A program made the position numbers and the translations under genes. 64,000 nucleotides of DNA from NCBI GenBank assembly GCA_049975265.1, contig JBNGDF010000002.1, positions 21,528 through 85,527 of the forward strand. The letters are read 5' to 3'. Of the stretch, positions 38,004-48,600 are shown piece by piece. The notes below the pieces were generated by a model, which saw nothing but the letters and a program-made list of their open reading frames with translations, did no database searches and was not told the origin of the DNA. The stretch comes from Fidelibacterota bacterium. GTDB taxonomy: Bacteria > Fidelibacterota > UBA2242. The stretch's first letter is position 1, and every line of letters begins with the position of its first letter.

Positions 38004-39068
38004 ATGTCTCGAAATATTATCCATATCGTCGGCACGGGCACTGTCGGAACTCCACTGATCGGAATTCTGGCATCCCGGCGTAAATCGCTCGGTATCGACG
38101 AAATTACCTTTCAGCCGGATTTATCGGAAATCAGGAATATCGCACTGGTCAGAGGACTGGTGGCACACGGCGCCAAGCTATGCGTGCCCGCAGAGTATTC
38201 CGACGAATTTGCCAGTGCCGGTTGTAAAATCGACTACCATTCCGCAGAAGCGATGCAGCGCGCCGGTGTAATCATCGACTGTTCAAAACAGGGGCAGGCA
38301 ACCGAAAATAAAAGACAGATTTATTCCCACCTGGACCAGAACAGATTATTCATCGCCCAGTCGAGAGAGCCCGGGTTCGGCGTGGATTATGCTTTTGATA
38401 TCAACGACGAGGCTCTCCAGCACGGCGTGAACAATTATCTGCGAATCGTCTCCTGCAATGCTCACAACATCGCCAGCATCGTCAAAACCCTCGGCATGAA
38501 TGAGAAACACTCGGAGATCGAATCCGGACGCTTCGTGTGCATTCGGCGCGCCAATGACGTCAGCGAAAGCGGCGGCTTTATTCCCTCACCTCAGGTATGC
38601 AGCCATCAGGATGATCAACACGGTACCTACCAAGCCAGGGACGCTGCCGCACTGTTTCATTCCGTTGGATACAATATGGACCTCTTTTCATCCACCCTGA
38701 AAGTCAATTCCCAGTATTTGCACGTCATCCATTTTGACATTCGCCTGAAAACCGCCACCACTCTGCAGACTATCATTAATAAATTGCAGGCAAATCCTCT
38801 GATTGCTCTGACAAATAAAGCCCTCACCAGCCAGATTGTCGCTTTTTCACGGGATTTGGGATACCACGGACGAGTATTGAATCAGGCGGTGGTGGCTGTG
38901 CCGACCCTGAATCTGCGCCACCAGACCGAACTCACCGGGTACAGCTTTTCTCTTCAGGATGGCAACTCGATTCTCAGCTCCATCGCGGCAGCGGTCTGGT
39001 ACTTTTTCCCCCGCAGTTATCGCGAAAAGATGCTCGCTCTCAACGATCTGATATTTGATGAAATTTAA
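38004..39068 (+). CDS. Archaeal (type II) GAPDH-like NAD(P)-dependent dehydrogenase, function uncertain
   Basis: IHIVGTGTVG Rossmann motif; IVSCNAHN catalytic-Cys motif; RRAND; YLHVIHF. Confidence 0.6.
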   Translation: MSRNIIHIVGTGTVGTPLIGILASRRKSLGIDEITFQPDLSEIRNIALVRGLVAHGAKLCVPAEYSDEFASAGCKIDYHSAEAMQRAGVIIDCSKQGQATENKRQIYSHLDQNRLFIAQSREPGFGVDYAFDINDEALQHGVNNYLRIVSCNAHNIASIVKTLGMNEKHSEIESGRFVCIRRANDVSESGGFIPSPQVCSHQDDQHGTYQARDAAALFHSVGYNMDLFSSTLKVNSQYLHVIHFDIRLKTATTLQTIINKLQANPLIALTNKALTSQIVAFSRDLGYHGRVLNQAVVAVPTLNLRHQTELTGYSFSLQDGNSILSSIAAAVWYFFPRSYREKMLALNDLIFDEI

Positions 39069-39074
39069 CAGGAA

Positions 39075-39710
39075 ATGACCACGATGATTATCGAATCGGT
39101 CGTGACCGGACCGTTTCAGGAAAACACCTGGATTCTGGGTAATTCGGTCACCAATCACGCCATTATTATCGATCCCGGCGATAACGCCTCAACCATTGTC
39201 AATAAACTGGCGGAATTTGATCTGACTCCCATTTTCATTATCAATACCCATGCTCATCCCGACCACATCGGCGCCGCAGCCGAATTGCAGCGCCGGTTTG
39301 ACCTGCCTTTTGCGCTCCATTCCGATGACCTGGTCACATACAATTCCGCAATTTCCACCGCCCGGTTATTAGGACTGATGAATCTGGAACTGCCTCAAAT
39401 TACCTCCTATCTGCATGACGGTCAGATCCTGGAAATCAACAATCACCATCTGCAGGTACTTCATACACCGGGACACACTCCGGGAAGCGTCAGCTTCCTG
39501 ACCGGCAAACACCTCTTCTCCGGTGACACGCTCTTTAAGAATTCTGTCGGGCGAACCGATCTCCCGAACGGCTCAATTACCGCATTAAAACGGAGTTTAG
39601 CGCACCTGAAACGGCTTCCCACGGACCTTCAAATACATCCCGGACACGGTGAACCGACAACCCTTGCAGACGAAATCATAAACAATCCCTTTTTTAGTGA
39701 TCTCCCCTGA
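39075..39710 (+). CDS. MBL-fold metallo-hydrolase (glyoxalase II-like)
   Basis: IDPG, THAHPDHIG, HTPGHTPG, SGDTLF, GRTD, PGHG. Confidence 0.9.
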   Translation: MTTMIIESVVTGPFQENTWILGNSVTNHAIIIDPGDNASTIVNKLAEFDLTPIFIINTHAHPDHIGAAAELQRRFDLPFALHSDDLVTYNSAISTARLLGLMNLELPQITSYLHDGQILEINNHHLQVLHTPGHTPGSVSFLTGKHLFSGDTLFKNSVGRTDLPNGSITALKRSLAHLKRLPTDLQIHPGHGEPTTLADEIINNPFFSDLP

Positions 39711-41106
39711 TATGTCGTCGTTATATGAACATTTCACCGAATTTGTATCCCGTCACAATCTTCTGAAAGTGTCCCACGTGGTCATCGCCGGTGTATCCGG
39801 CGGTGTCGACTCCATGGTCATGCTGCACTGTCTGTTGCATTATCGGGAAGAGAACGCAATCCGTTTGATTGTCGCCCATCTGAATCACCAGATCCGCGGC
39901 GGCGAGAGTGACCGGGACGAACGGCTTGTCAGAGATTATTGCCAAACGAAAAATTGTGATGTCATCTGCAAATCGGTAAACGTTCAGAATCTGGCTCGCA
40001 ACAGGGGACTGTCTCTCGAAGCCGCCGGTCGGGCGGCGCGCTATCATTTTTTCCGGAAAATCAGTCTTCAATACCCCGGCTCCGTCATCGCCACCGCCCA
40101 TACCGCCGACGACCAGGTGGAGACAATCCTGCTGCGGCTTTTGAAAGGTACCGGACTGAATGGACTCCATGGAATCCGCCTTAAAAGGGGCAATATCGTT
40201 CGCCCGTTTCTTTTTGCTTTCAAATCGGAATTGTATGAGTACGCCAGATCCAACAATGTGCCTTTCAATGAGGATCATACCAACCGGGATACAGCCATTC
40301 CCCGCAATTATATCCGGCATTCACTGCTACCGGCGATAAGATCCGAAATTAATCCCGCCGCCGACAATGCGATTTTGCATTTTCATGAAATTATCTCCGA
40401 CCTGACCCGGATGACCCGTCAAATCGCCTGGCACGCTTTCCAAAACTGCCGGATCCGCCAGTCACCGACTGAAATTGCTCTTGATATTTCCCGACTGAAA
40501 AGGTATTTTAACACGGTAATATTTGAAGTAATATTGGAAAGCCTGAGGATTCTACAACCGAAAAAACCGCCTGCGATTGACTATAATATCATGAATAATC
40601 TGCTGACACTGCTGAATTCAGGACGCACCGGAGGTCATCAAAAAATCACCGCCCAAATTCACGCAATCCGTAACCGGAACGAGCTGATCATCGGCATGAG
40701 CAAGGCACCCGACTGGCACAGCATTGCCGTCACGCCGGGGAGACTTCACAAAAATGACTACTTCTGCTTTAAAACCGAAATTGTACCTGTTGACGAATTC
40801 AAACCCGCTCAAAAAGACCCGAATGTTGAGTTTGCAGACCTGCAGAGGCTGTCTGGTGCGCCCCTCCGTTTGCGACCATGGCGAAAAGGAGACCGCATCG
40901 TTCCCCTGGGCACCACCTTTTCCAAAAAGGTCAGTGACATTTTCATCGATCAGAAAATTCCGCTGCCGAAAAAAAAGCGAATTCCCCTTCTGACCTGTGG
41001 TGATTCAATCGTCTGGATATGCGGAATGAAATTATCCGACGAGTACAAAGTCCTACCCTCCACCACCCGACTTTTAAAAATGACCTATGAGGAACTAATG
41101 TCATGA
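39697..41106 (+). CDS. tilS: tRNA(Ile)-lysidine synthetase
   Basis: SGGVDS, AHLNHQIR, EAAGRAARY, TAHTADDQVET, RP, DHTN, RNYIR; TilS C-terminal domain. Confidence 0.95.
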   Translation: MISPDMSSLYEHFTEFVSRHNLLKVSHVVIAGVSGGVDSMVMLHCLLHYREENAIRLIVAHLNHQIRGGESDRDERLVRDYCQTKNCDVICKSVNVQNLARNRGLSLEAAGRAARYHFFRKISLQYPGSVIATAHTADDQVETILLRLLKGTGLNGLHGIRLKRGNIVRPFLFAFKSELYEYARSNNVPFNEDHTNRDTAIPRNYIRHSLLPAIRSEINPAADNAILHFHEIISDLTRMTRQIAWHAFQNCRIRQSPTEIALDISRLKRYFNTVIFEVILESLRILQPKKPPAIDYNIMNNLLTLLNSGRTGGHQKITAQIHAIRNRNELIIGMSKAPDWHSIAVTPGRLHKNDYFCFKTEIVPVDEFKPAQKDPNVEFADLQRLSGAPLRLRPWRKGDRIVPLGTTFSKKVSDIFIDQKIPLPKKKRIPLLTCGDSIVWICGMKLSDEYKVLPSTTRLLKMTYEELMS

Positions 41107-41672
41107 TAAAAAAAATCCAACTGGATGAACACTTCGGAAAATTCAGCGGGCAGATGCTGTGTGAACTGATCAGTCACGATATGATCTTGACTCGTGTAAA
41201 AGAGCTGGCTGCCCAGATTTCCACCGACTACCACAGTAGAATACCGATCATGATCGGCGTCCTGAACGGCAGTTTCATCTTTCTCGCGGATCTGATTCGC
41301 GAAATGAAGACTCAAGCCGAGGTGGACTTCATTAAGATTTCCAGCTATGCCAACGAAACCCGCACCAGCGGAACCGTTCGCCTGCTGAAAGATATAAGTT
41401 GTGACATCACCGGGCGCGATGTGATTGTCATTGAAGATATTGTGGACTCCGGTTTGTCTATCAACTTTCTGCGGCAACGGCTGCAGGGCAGCCAGGCGAA
41501 GTCCGTTAAATTCGCTACCCTGCTGATGAAAGAAGACACCCGTCTGGATTTTGAAATCGACTATGTGGGCTTTACCATTGCCAACAAATTCGTGGTAGGT
41601 TACGGATTGGATTTGGCGCAGAAATTACGTAACCTGAAATCAATCTATTATTTAAACCAAGAAGGTCACTAA
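41103..41672 (+). CDS. hpt: Hypoxanthine phosphoribosyltransferase
   Basis: GVLNGSFIFLADL, ISSY, VIEDIVDSG, FVVGYGLD. Confidence 0.95.
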   Translation: MIKKIQLDEHFGKFSGQMLCELISHDMILTRVKELAAQISTDYHSRIPIMIGVLNGSFIFLADLIREMKTQAEVDFIKISSYANETRTSGTVRLLKDISCDITGRDVIVIEDIVDSGLSINFLRQRLQGSQAKSVKFATLLMKEDTRLDFEIDYVGFTIANKFVVGYGLDLAQKLRNLKSIYYLNQEGH

Positions 41673-43751
41673 ATGAATAATTTTCAACCGATTCGGCGCT
41701 CGAAGGAACCATCGAAAAAGGACCCGAAAAAGCCGAAAAACTCTCCAAAACCACAGCCGCCGAACAAAAAAAAGGGTGGTCCGGATAACGATTTTAAATG
41801 GAAAAAAGCCTCCAAAACATCCCTTATGTGGATTATCATCATCATCAGCTCAATTTTCTTAATTCAGATTCTCGGCACCGGTTCAAAAGAGGAAATCCGG
41901 ATCGAATTTCAGCAGTACCGAGACCTCTTGGAAAGTAATCAGATCGCCGAAGCAACCATCATTGAGCGGGAATTTCACGGTACTCTGAAAGAAGAGACGA
42001 CTCTGATTATCCGCGGGCGTCCCACGGAGGTCAAACAGTTTTTCTTCATCCTGCCGCCCAATTACGATCAATACATGCTCTCAGAATGGGATAAATACAA
42101 CCTGCATTACAATTTTCAGGAAAAGACCGTGGAGTGGACCGCCTACCTGTTTCAGATTCTGCCCTGGTTCCTCTTCATTGGAATCTGGATTTTCTTCATG
42201 CGGCGGATGCAGGGACAAAATAACAAAGGTATTTTCGGATTCGGTAAAAGCAAAGCCCGCCTGTGGTCCTCCGATCGCCCTAAAGCAACATTTAACGATG
42301 TGGCAGGCTGTATCGAGGCAAAAGAGGAGCTGGAAGAGATCATCGAATTTCTGAAATCGCCGGGAAAATTCTCCCGCCTGGGTGGCAAAATTCCCAAAGG
42401 CGCCCTGCTGCTCGGACCTCCGGGAACAGGCAAGACACTGTTGGCAAAAGCCGTCGCCGGCGAAGCAGGAGTTCCCTTCTTCAGTATCAGTGGTGCCGAT
42501 TTCGTAGAGATGTTCGTCGGTGTCGGAGCCTCACGGGTCCGCGATCTGTTTGAACAGGGTAAGCGCAATGCCCCCTGTATCATCTTTATTGATGAGATTG
42601 ACGCCGTCGGTCGCCATCGCGGCGCCGGACTGGGTGGCGGACACGATGAGCGGGAACAGACGCTCAATCAATTGCTCGTCGAGATGGACGGGTTCGATGA
42701 AAATACAAACGTGATCATCATCGCCGCCACCAACCGCCCCGACGTGCTGGATTCGGCTCTATTGCGTCCTGGTCGCTTCGACCGTCAGATTGTCGTCGAT
42801 GTACCCGACGTCAAGGGACGTGAAGGGATTCTGCGGGTGCACACCAAAAACATTCCGCTGGCGAAGGATATTGATCTCGCCGTAATCGCAAAAGGAACAC
42901 CCGGTTTGGTGGGCGCTGATCTGGCGAATCTGGTCAATGAAGCCGCGCTGCTGGCAGCCCGCAAGAATAAGAAGTTCGTGGAGAACGAAGACTTCGAAGA
43001 GGCGAAAGATAAGGTCATGATGGGAGTGGAGCGCAAGAGTCTGCAAATTTCTGAAAAAGAACGTAAACTGACCGCCTATCATGAATCCGGGCATGTCCTG
43101 GTTGCCGTCAATATCCCCGGCGTGGACCCAATCCACAAGGTGACAATCGTACCGCGCGGACGCGCCCTCGGAATCACCCACCAGCTGCCTATTGACGAAC
43201 GCCATAACTATTCCCGAAGCTACATCACCGGCAATCTCAGTGTCTTGTTAGGCGGACGCGCCGCCGAAAAGATTATCTTCAATGAGCTGACCACCGGCGC
43301 CGGAAACGACATCGAACGCGCCACGGAACTTGCCCGCAAAATGGTCTGTGAATGGGGCATGAGTGAGCGTCTTGGTCCATTGACGTTTGGCAAAAAAAAT
43401 CAGGAGATCTTCCTTGGACGCGAGATTGCCCAGCACCGGGATTTCAGTGAAGAGACCGCCAAAGCCATTGACGAAGAGGTCCGCAGAATTATTGAAGAAG
43501 CCGAATCCCGGGCAACGAAAATTTTAAAGGAAAACCAGAAATCCCTGAAGCTCCTTGCCGAGACCCTGCTGGAATACGAGGTTATTGACGGCGAAGACAT
43601 CAAACGGCTGCTCTCCGGCAAGAAAATCCGTAAATCCCGCAATAATACCTTGGGAAAGCCAAAACCGAAGTCAAAATCAAGCCGGACCAGCGGCACCCGA
43701 AAATCCGCCAAAAAGGAGACAAAAGCTGCTGCGCAAACTGACCATCAATGA
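41673..43751 (+). CDS. ftsH: ATP-dependent zinc metalloprotease FtsH
   Basis: Two TM segments, [32 protein letters not shown]. Confidence 0.97.
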   Translation: MNNFQPIRRSKEPSKKDPKKPKNSPKPQPPNKKKGGPDNDFKWKKASKTSLMWIIIIISSIFLIQILGTGSKEEIRIEFQQYRDLLESNQIAEATIIEREFHGTLKEETTLIIRGRPTEVKQFFFILPPNYDQYMLSEWDKYNLHYNFQEKTVEWTAYLFQILPWFLFIGIWIFFMRRMQGQNNKGIFGFGKSKARLWSSDRPKATFNDVAGCIEAKEELEEIIEFLKSPGKFSRLGGKIPKGALLLGPPGTGKTLLAKAVAGEAGVPFFSISGADFVEMFVGVGASRVRDLFEQGKRNAPCIIFIDEIDAVGRHRGAGLGGGHDEREQTLNQLLVEMDGFDENTNVIIIAATNRPDVLDSALLRPGRFDRQIVVDVPDVKGREGILRVHTKNIPLAKDIDLAVIAKGTPGLVGADLANLVNEAALLAARKNKKFVENEDFEEAKDKVMMGVERKSLQISEKERKLTAYHESGHVLVAVNIPGVDPIHKVTIVPRGRALGITHQLPIDERHNYSRSYITGNLSVLLGGRAAEKIIFNELTTGAGNDIERATELARKMVCEWGMSERLGPLTFGKKNQEIFLGREIAQHRDFSEETAKAIDEEVRRIIEEAESRATKILKENQKSLKLLAETLLEYEVIDGEDIKRLLSGKKIRKSRNNTLGKPKPKSKSSRTSGTRKSAKKETKAAAQTDHQ

Positions 43752-44922
43752 CACTCCGCACTACGTCGCAGAGATGGAAGCCCTGCCGGTTGATCCGGGC
43801 GGTATCCGGATTATGGCGCCCAAAGGCGAGTTCTATATTCTCAAAACCGATCCGATTTCGGCTCCGGCAGCCAACATTCTGAAGCAGCAGATGCTTTCCG
43901 TAGGCGGTGAGTGCGCCGTCTCACGCGGTGCCTCCACCTGCGAGATCGAAGCGGCACCCGCCCTCCTTTCCGGCACAAAGAAGCAGTTTCTGAAACTGGC
44001 GGAGAGTCTCGACTACCAGATTTTCGGGTTGAATGCCCTGGGCGCTGAAATCCGGGAGTTTTTCGCCGACAATTTCTCCATTAAAGAAATGCAGATTGGC
44101 AGCCGCCATTTTGACTTCCGCAAAGAAACCGCCCTTATGGGGGTTTTAAATGTAACACCTGATTCATTTTACGATGGCGGAAAACATATTCAGCCAACAG
44201 CAGCGGTGGAAGCAGCGCTCCGGATGGCAGCGGACGGTGCGCATATTATCGATATCGGCGGCGAATCCACCCGCCCGGGGGCGGAACCGGTGGACGAAAA
44301 AACCGAACTGAAGCGCGTCATTCCGGTCATCACGGAACTGCGCAAAAAAAGTGACATTCCTATCTCCATTGACACCTATAAATCCGGCGTTGCGGAAAAA
44401 GCCCTGGAAGCCGGTGCGGATATGGTCAACGATATCAGCGGTCTGAGCTTCGATCCGCAGCTGGCACCGGTGATTGCCCGAGCCGGTGCGGCGGTGTGCC
44501 TCATGCACATCCGCGGTACGCCCCGCAATATGCAGCAGAACCCGCACTACGAAAACCTGATTGATGAAATTCTGCACTTTTTAGAAGCGGCTGTCCGGCG
44601 AGCCATCGGAGCCGGCATATCCCGGAACAAGATTATCATTGATCCCGGAATTGGATTTGGAAAAACCCTCGCCGACAATTATACTATTCTTCGTTATTTA
44701 AAGGAATTCGAATCTCTGGGACAACCGATCCTGATCGGATTATCCCGCAAATCGCTGATCGGCAAGTTGCTCGATCTGCCGCCGGAGCAGCGACTGCCCG
44801 GCAGTCTGGCGGGTCTGGCAATCGCCATTAATAACGGCGCCGCCATTGTCAGAGTTCACGATGTCCGGGAAAGTCAACAGGCTGCCGTCGTCGCCGATGC
44901 CATTACAGGGAAAAAATTATGA
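43726..44922 (+). CDS. folP: Dihydropteroate synthase with N-terminal extension (start uncertain: CTG 43726 or ATG 43774)
   Basis: [49 protein letters not shown]. Confidence 0.92.
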   Translation: MLRKLTINDTPHYVAEMEALPVDPGGIRIMAPKGEFYILKTDPISAPAANILKQQMLSVGGECAVSRGASTCEIEAAPALLSGTKKQFLKLAESLDYQIFGLNALGAEIREFFADNFSIKEMQIGSRHFDFRKETALMGVLNVTPDSFYDGGKHIQPTAAVEAALRMAADGAHIIDIGGESTRPGAEPVDEKTELKRVIPVITELRKKSDIPISIDTYKSGVAEKALEAGADMVNDISGLSFDPQLAPVIARAGAAVCLMHIRGTPRNMQQNPHYENLIDEILHFLEAAVRRAIGAGISRNKIIIDPGIGFGKTLADNYTILRYLKEFESLGQPILIGLSRKSLIGKLLDLPPEQRLPGSLAGLAIAINNGAAIVRVHDVRESQQAAVVADAITGKKL

Positions 44923-45695
44923 CACTTTTCACCATCAAATTTATCAGCGTCACCATCTGGGATATTCTGGATATTATACTGATCTACTGGATTTTTCTGA
45001 AATTGTATCAATTTTTCCGAGGCTCCCGGGCATCTCAGATGATCATCGGGCTGGCAGCGATCTTTTTACTCTCCTTTGTCGCCCGCATGCTCAACCTGCA
45101 AAGCCTCTCCTGGCTGATGGGGCATCTGCAAACCGTCTGGGTGATCGCCTTCGTAATTGTCTTTCAACCGGAGCTGCGACGGATTTTGATCATGATCGGT
45201 CAGAGCCGGATATTGCGGCGTTTCTTCGCAGAACCAAATTCCAAGACGATCAACGCCGTCATCGATGCCTCCATGGAGCTGGTGCGCCGTAAGTGGGGCG
45301 GTCTGTTCGTGCTTGGACGGGAAATTCAATTAAAAACCATCAAAGATGCCGCCACGACGATCAACGCCGAGGTATCGTCCAGTCTTTTGATCTCCATATT
45401 TAATCCCAGCAGTCCGCTGCACGATGGAGCGGTCATTATCCAGAATGATATCATCGAAGCCGCCGGCGCCATTTTACCACTGTCCGACAATCCGGACCTG
45501 GACCCGCTCCTCGGTACCCGGCACCGCGCTGCTCTGGGTATCTCCGAGGAATCCGACGCCGTGGTGGTTGTCGTCTCGGAAGAAACCCAAAAAATTGCCG
45601 TCGCCTACCAGGGAGTTTTCTATCGTAATGTGGACGAAGATATGCTGCGCGGATTACTGAATAAACTATTCTTTGTCGGAAGTGAAAATCACTAA
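44919..45695 (+). CDS. cdaA: Diadenylate cyclase CdaA/DacA
   Basis: Three N-terminal TM segments, FQPELRR, PLHDGA, GTRHRAA, VSEET. Confidence 0.93.
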   Translation: MTLFTIKFISVTIWDILDIILIYWIFLKLYQFFRGSRASQMIIGLAAIFLLSFVARMLNLQSLSWLMGHLQTVWVIAFVIVFQPELRRILIMIGQSRILRRFFAEPNSKTINAVIDASMELVRRKWGGLFVLGREIQLKTIKDAATTINAEVSSSLLISIFNPSSPLHDGAVIIQNDIIEAAGAILPLSDNPDLDPLLGTRHRAALGISEESDAVVVVVSEETQKIAVAYQGVFYRNVDEDMLRGLLNKLFFVGSENH

Positions 45696-48600
45696 GTTCA
45701 CCCACTTTTCCAGAAAACATATAACAATTGACTTAATAACCCTGTTTTTAATGCGGTTCTCGATCACCGCCCTGCCGGCAACTTCTCACCTGCAGCAGGT
45801 CAGTTTTCAAAACAGGTGGACGCAGGCTCATAGCTGGGTCTGGCAGGGAAAAATCAATCCGCCCGATCTCATCGGTGCGGCGGACGGCTCTTTTGCCGTA
45901 AAGGCGGACCCGCTGGACAACGACCATCGGACCGGTTATCCTGCCCTGCCCTACTACAGCCGCATTTTCAACGCCATGCCTGAGGACATCCACTACCAGC
46001 TACATACCTCAAATCCCCGTAAAATTCTGCTGGACAGACCGGTTCAGCGCTTCAGCGATCAACCGAAAATGAGCTGTGAGGAGGATTCGCCGCCTGACAT
46101 CCCACCGGCGCGGATAGAATATCCCTTCCCGCGCAATATTGTTCATATCGCTTTCATCGGCTACGTCCGTCATCAGCCGCTTTCCATTCTTAAAATCTAC
46201 CCCTATCAACTGACTGAGAACGGGACTCATTTGCACTATTTTGAACACCTGGAAGTAAGCGTATCCATCGCCGATAATCCGGATTTTCCGGAAAAATCTA
46301 TCGCAGATAAATCGAATCTGGAAAGGCTCATCAGTCTGAATGACCGGGTCCGAAAAAAAACCCGCCTGGCAAAAGTGACCGCACCGACACTACCAATTGC
46401 CTACGATGAACCCTTTATCCGTATCACTGTCGACTCCACCGGCATTTACCGTATATCGCGAGCCACACTGCAGGAGTGCAGTGCTGTAATGAAAAAGGTC
46501 GATCCGCGTACCTTTCAAATGTATAACCGGGGCATCGCCGTACCCATCTTTGTCAACGGAGAGTCCGATGGCAGCTTTGATCACAGCGACTATATCGAAT
46601 TCTACGGGCAACGTAATCTCAACAGTATTGCCGATTACCATTACGATCCCTTCACCGACAATAATGTCTATTTTCTGACCTGGGGCAAACAATTCGGGCT
46701 GCGCTATGCCGAAGAGTCGGCAAAAACAACCATCCAAGACGACGAGGCAATTGTACCGGGGGACTATGAATTTACGCAGCACGTCGAAGAAAACAGGCAT
46801 TTCGACAAGCTGGGTCAGGTCGATACAGACCTGCCCACTCACACCCGGGATCACTGGTTCTTCGATAGCGGTATCAACGGCGGAACCACGCGGAGCTACA
46901 CTTTTCAACTGATTCATCCCAATACGAATACCGTGGAGCCATTCGATATTTCCGTTGGTTTACACGGTCTCAGCTATCAGAAACCCGATCATAAAGCAAC
47001 CGTTTCGATCAATAATTACCTGGTAGCCACCGACAACTGGAACGGGCAGACTCCTTACGTGATCCGCAGCGATTTCGACAGCAAGCTCCAAAACCGCTAC
47101 CTGAGACATGGCGATAATATGATTCAGATTCAGATTGGCTCCGCCGGAGACGATCCGACCAGCAGATACGACCGGGTCCTGTTTGACTATCTGGATATTC
47201 GCTACAAGCGGCTCTACCGGGCACACAATGAACGGATTCTTTTTTCCAAACCGCAAAGCACACCGGCGGGGACGTATCATTTCAAAATTGATGGTTTTAA
47301 AAATCCCGACATCTCCATTTATAAAATCGGGAAAAGCAAACTGATGGACTTCAGTGTCGATTACAATACCTTCACCAATGATTATACCGTCCGGATCGAG
47401 GACTATATCCACGATAATGCGACGAACTACTATGCCGCCTCTCGTAATGGACTGTCTCAGCCGCTAGCGATTCGTACTGATACGCTCCATAACATCCTCG
47501 CTGAAGAGGATGCCTTTGATCTGATCGTCATCACCGATCAGCAATTTGAACACTGTCTTGAAAAATTGACTGCCTTCTATCAGGAAATCGGGATCCATCC
47601 CAAAGTCGTCGGCATCAAAGACATTTACACCCAATTCAACCACGGAATCGTCAGCCCTTACGCGGTCAGGGATTATCTTTCCTTTATTCATTCAAACTGG
47701 ACTCACCAGCCGCGCTTTGTGCTTCTCATCGGCGATGCGAAAATCCGTGAAGAGGAGTCCGTACCAGCCATCTTTTTTCAATCCCTGAAATACGGTGCCT
47801 GCGCCAGCGATCACTGGTATGCAGCCCTGGACAACGATTCCAAAATCCCCGAGTATGCCATCGGTCGCTGGCCGGTCTCCAGCCGCGCCGAGCTGGATAT
47901 TGTCATCGACAAACGCATCGCCTATACAAAAGCCGATCCGATTGATCCCTGGCATAACGAACTGCTGTTTATCGCCGGGTACGAGGTGGACTTTAAAAAC
48001 CAGACCGAAAACATGATCAACCGGCAGATTCCGAAAGAGTTCAGCATCAACCGCATCTACATCAATCCTGCTTCTCAGAGCACACCCTTTTTTGGCGGGT
48101 CGGACACGCTTATTCATCTCTGGAACAAAGGGCTAACGGTCATCAATTTCATGGGACACGGCGGCGGCGGTGTCTGGACAGACCGGTCTCTTTTTAATAC
48201 TTCCTATATCAAATATTTAAATAATTACGACCGTCTGCCGTTTATCAGCAGCCTGACCTGCTTCACCGCCGATTTTGCCAATATGGAAGGAATGGGCGAA
48301 TATCTGCTGTCGGCGGAAAACGGTGGAGCCATTGCCCTCTGGGGTGCCACCAGCGTCGGCTGGATCAAAAATGACTACCTGATCGCCAAACCCTTCTACG
48401 ATATCATTTTCGAACCGGGCATGACCGTCGGTGAAGCGATTCAGTACTCGAAAATCAAGTACCTTGCCGATGACTACTTTGATCTGTATGAATTTTCCAT
48501 GGTTCACTCCTACACCCTGCTGGGCGATCCCACGATCGAAATCCCCTTTCCCAAAGAGCCGGTCGCATTGACCATCAGCGAAGAAAACCCCGAACCCGGT

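Noticed and set aside
43555..43725. ORF-track N-terminus of folP (MPRPCWN...)
   Set aside because: It lies deep inside ftsH with no RBS and a non-protein-like sequence.
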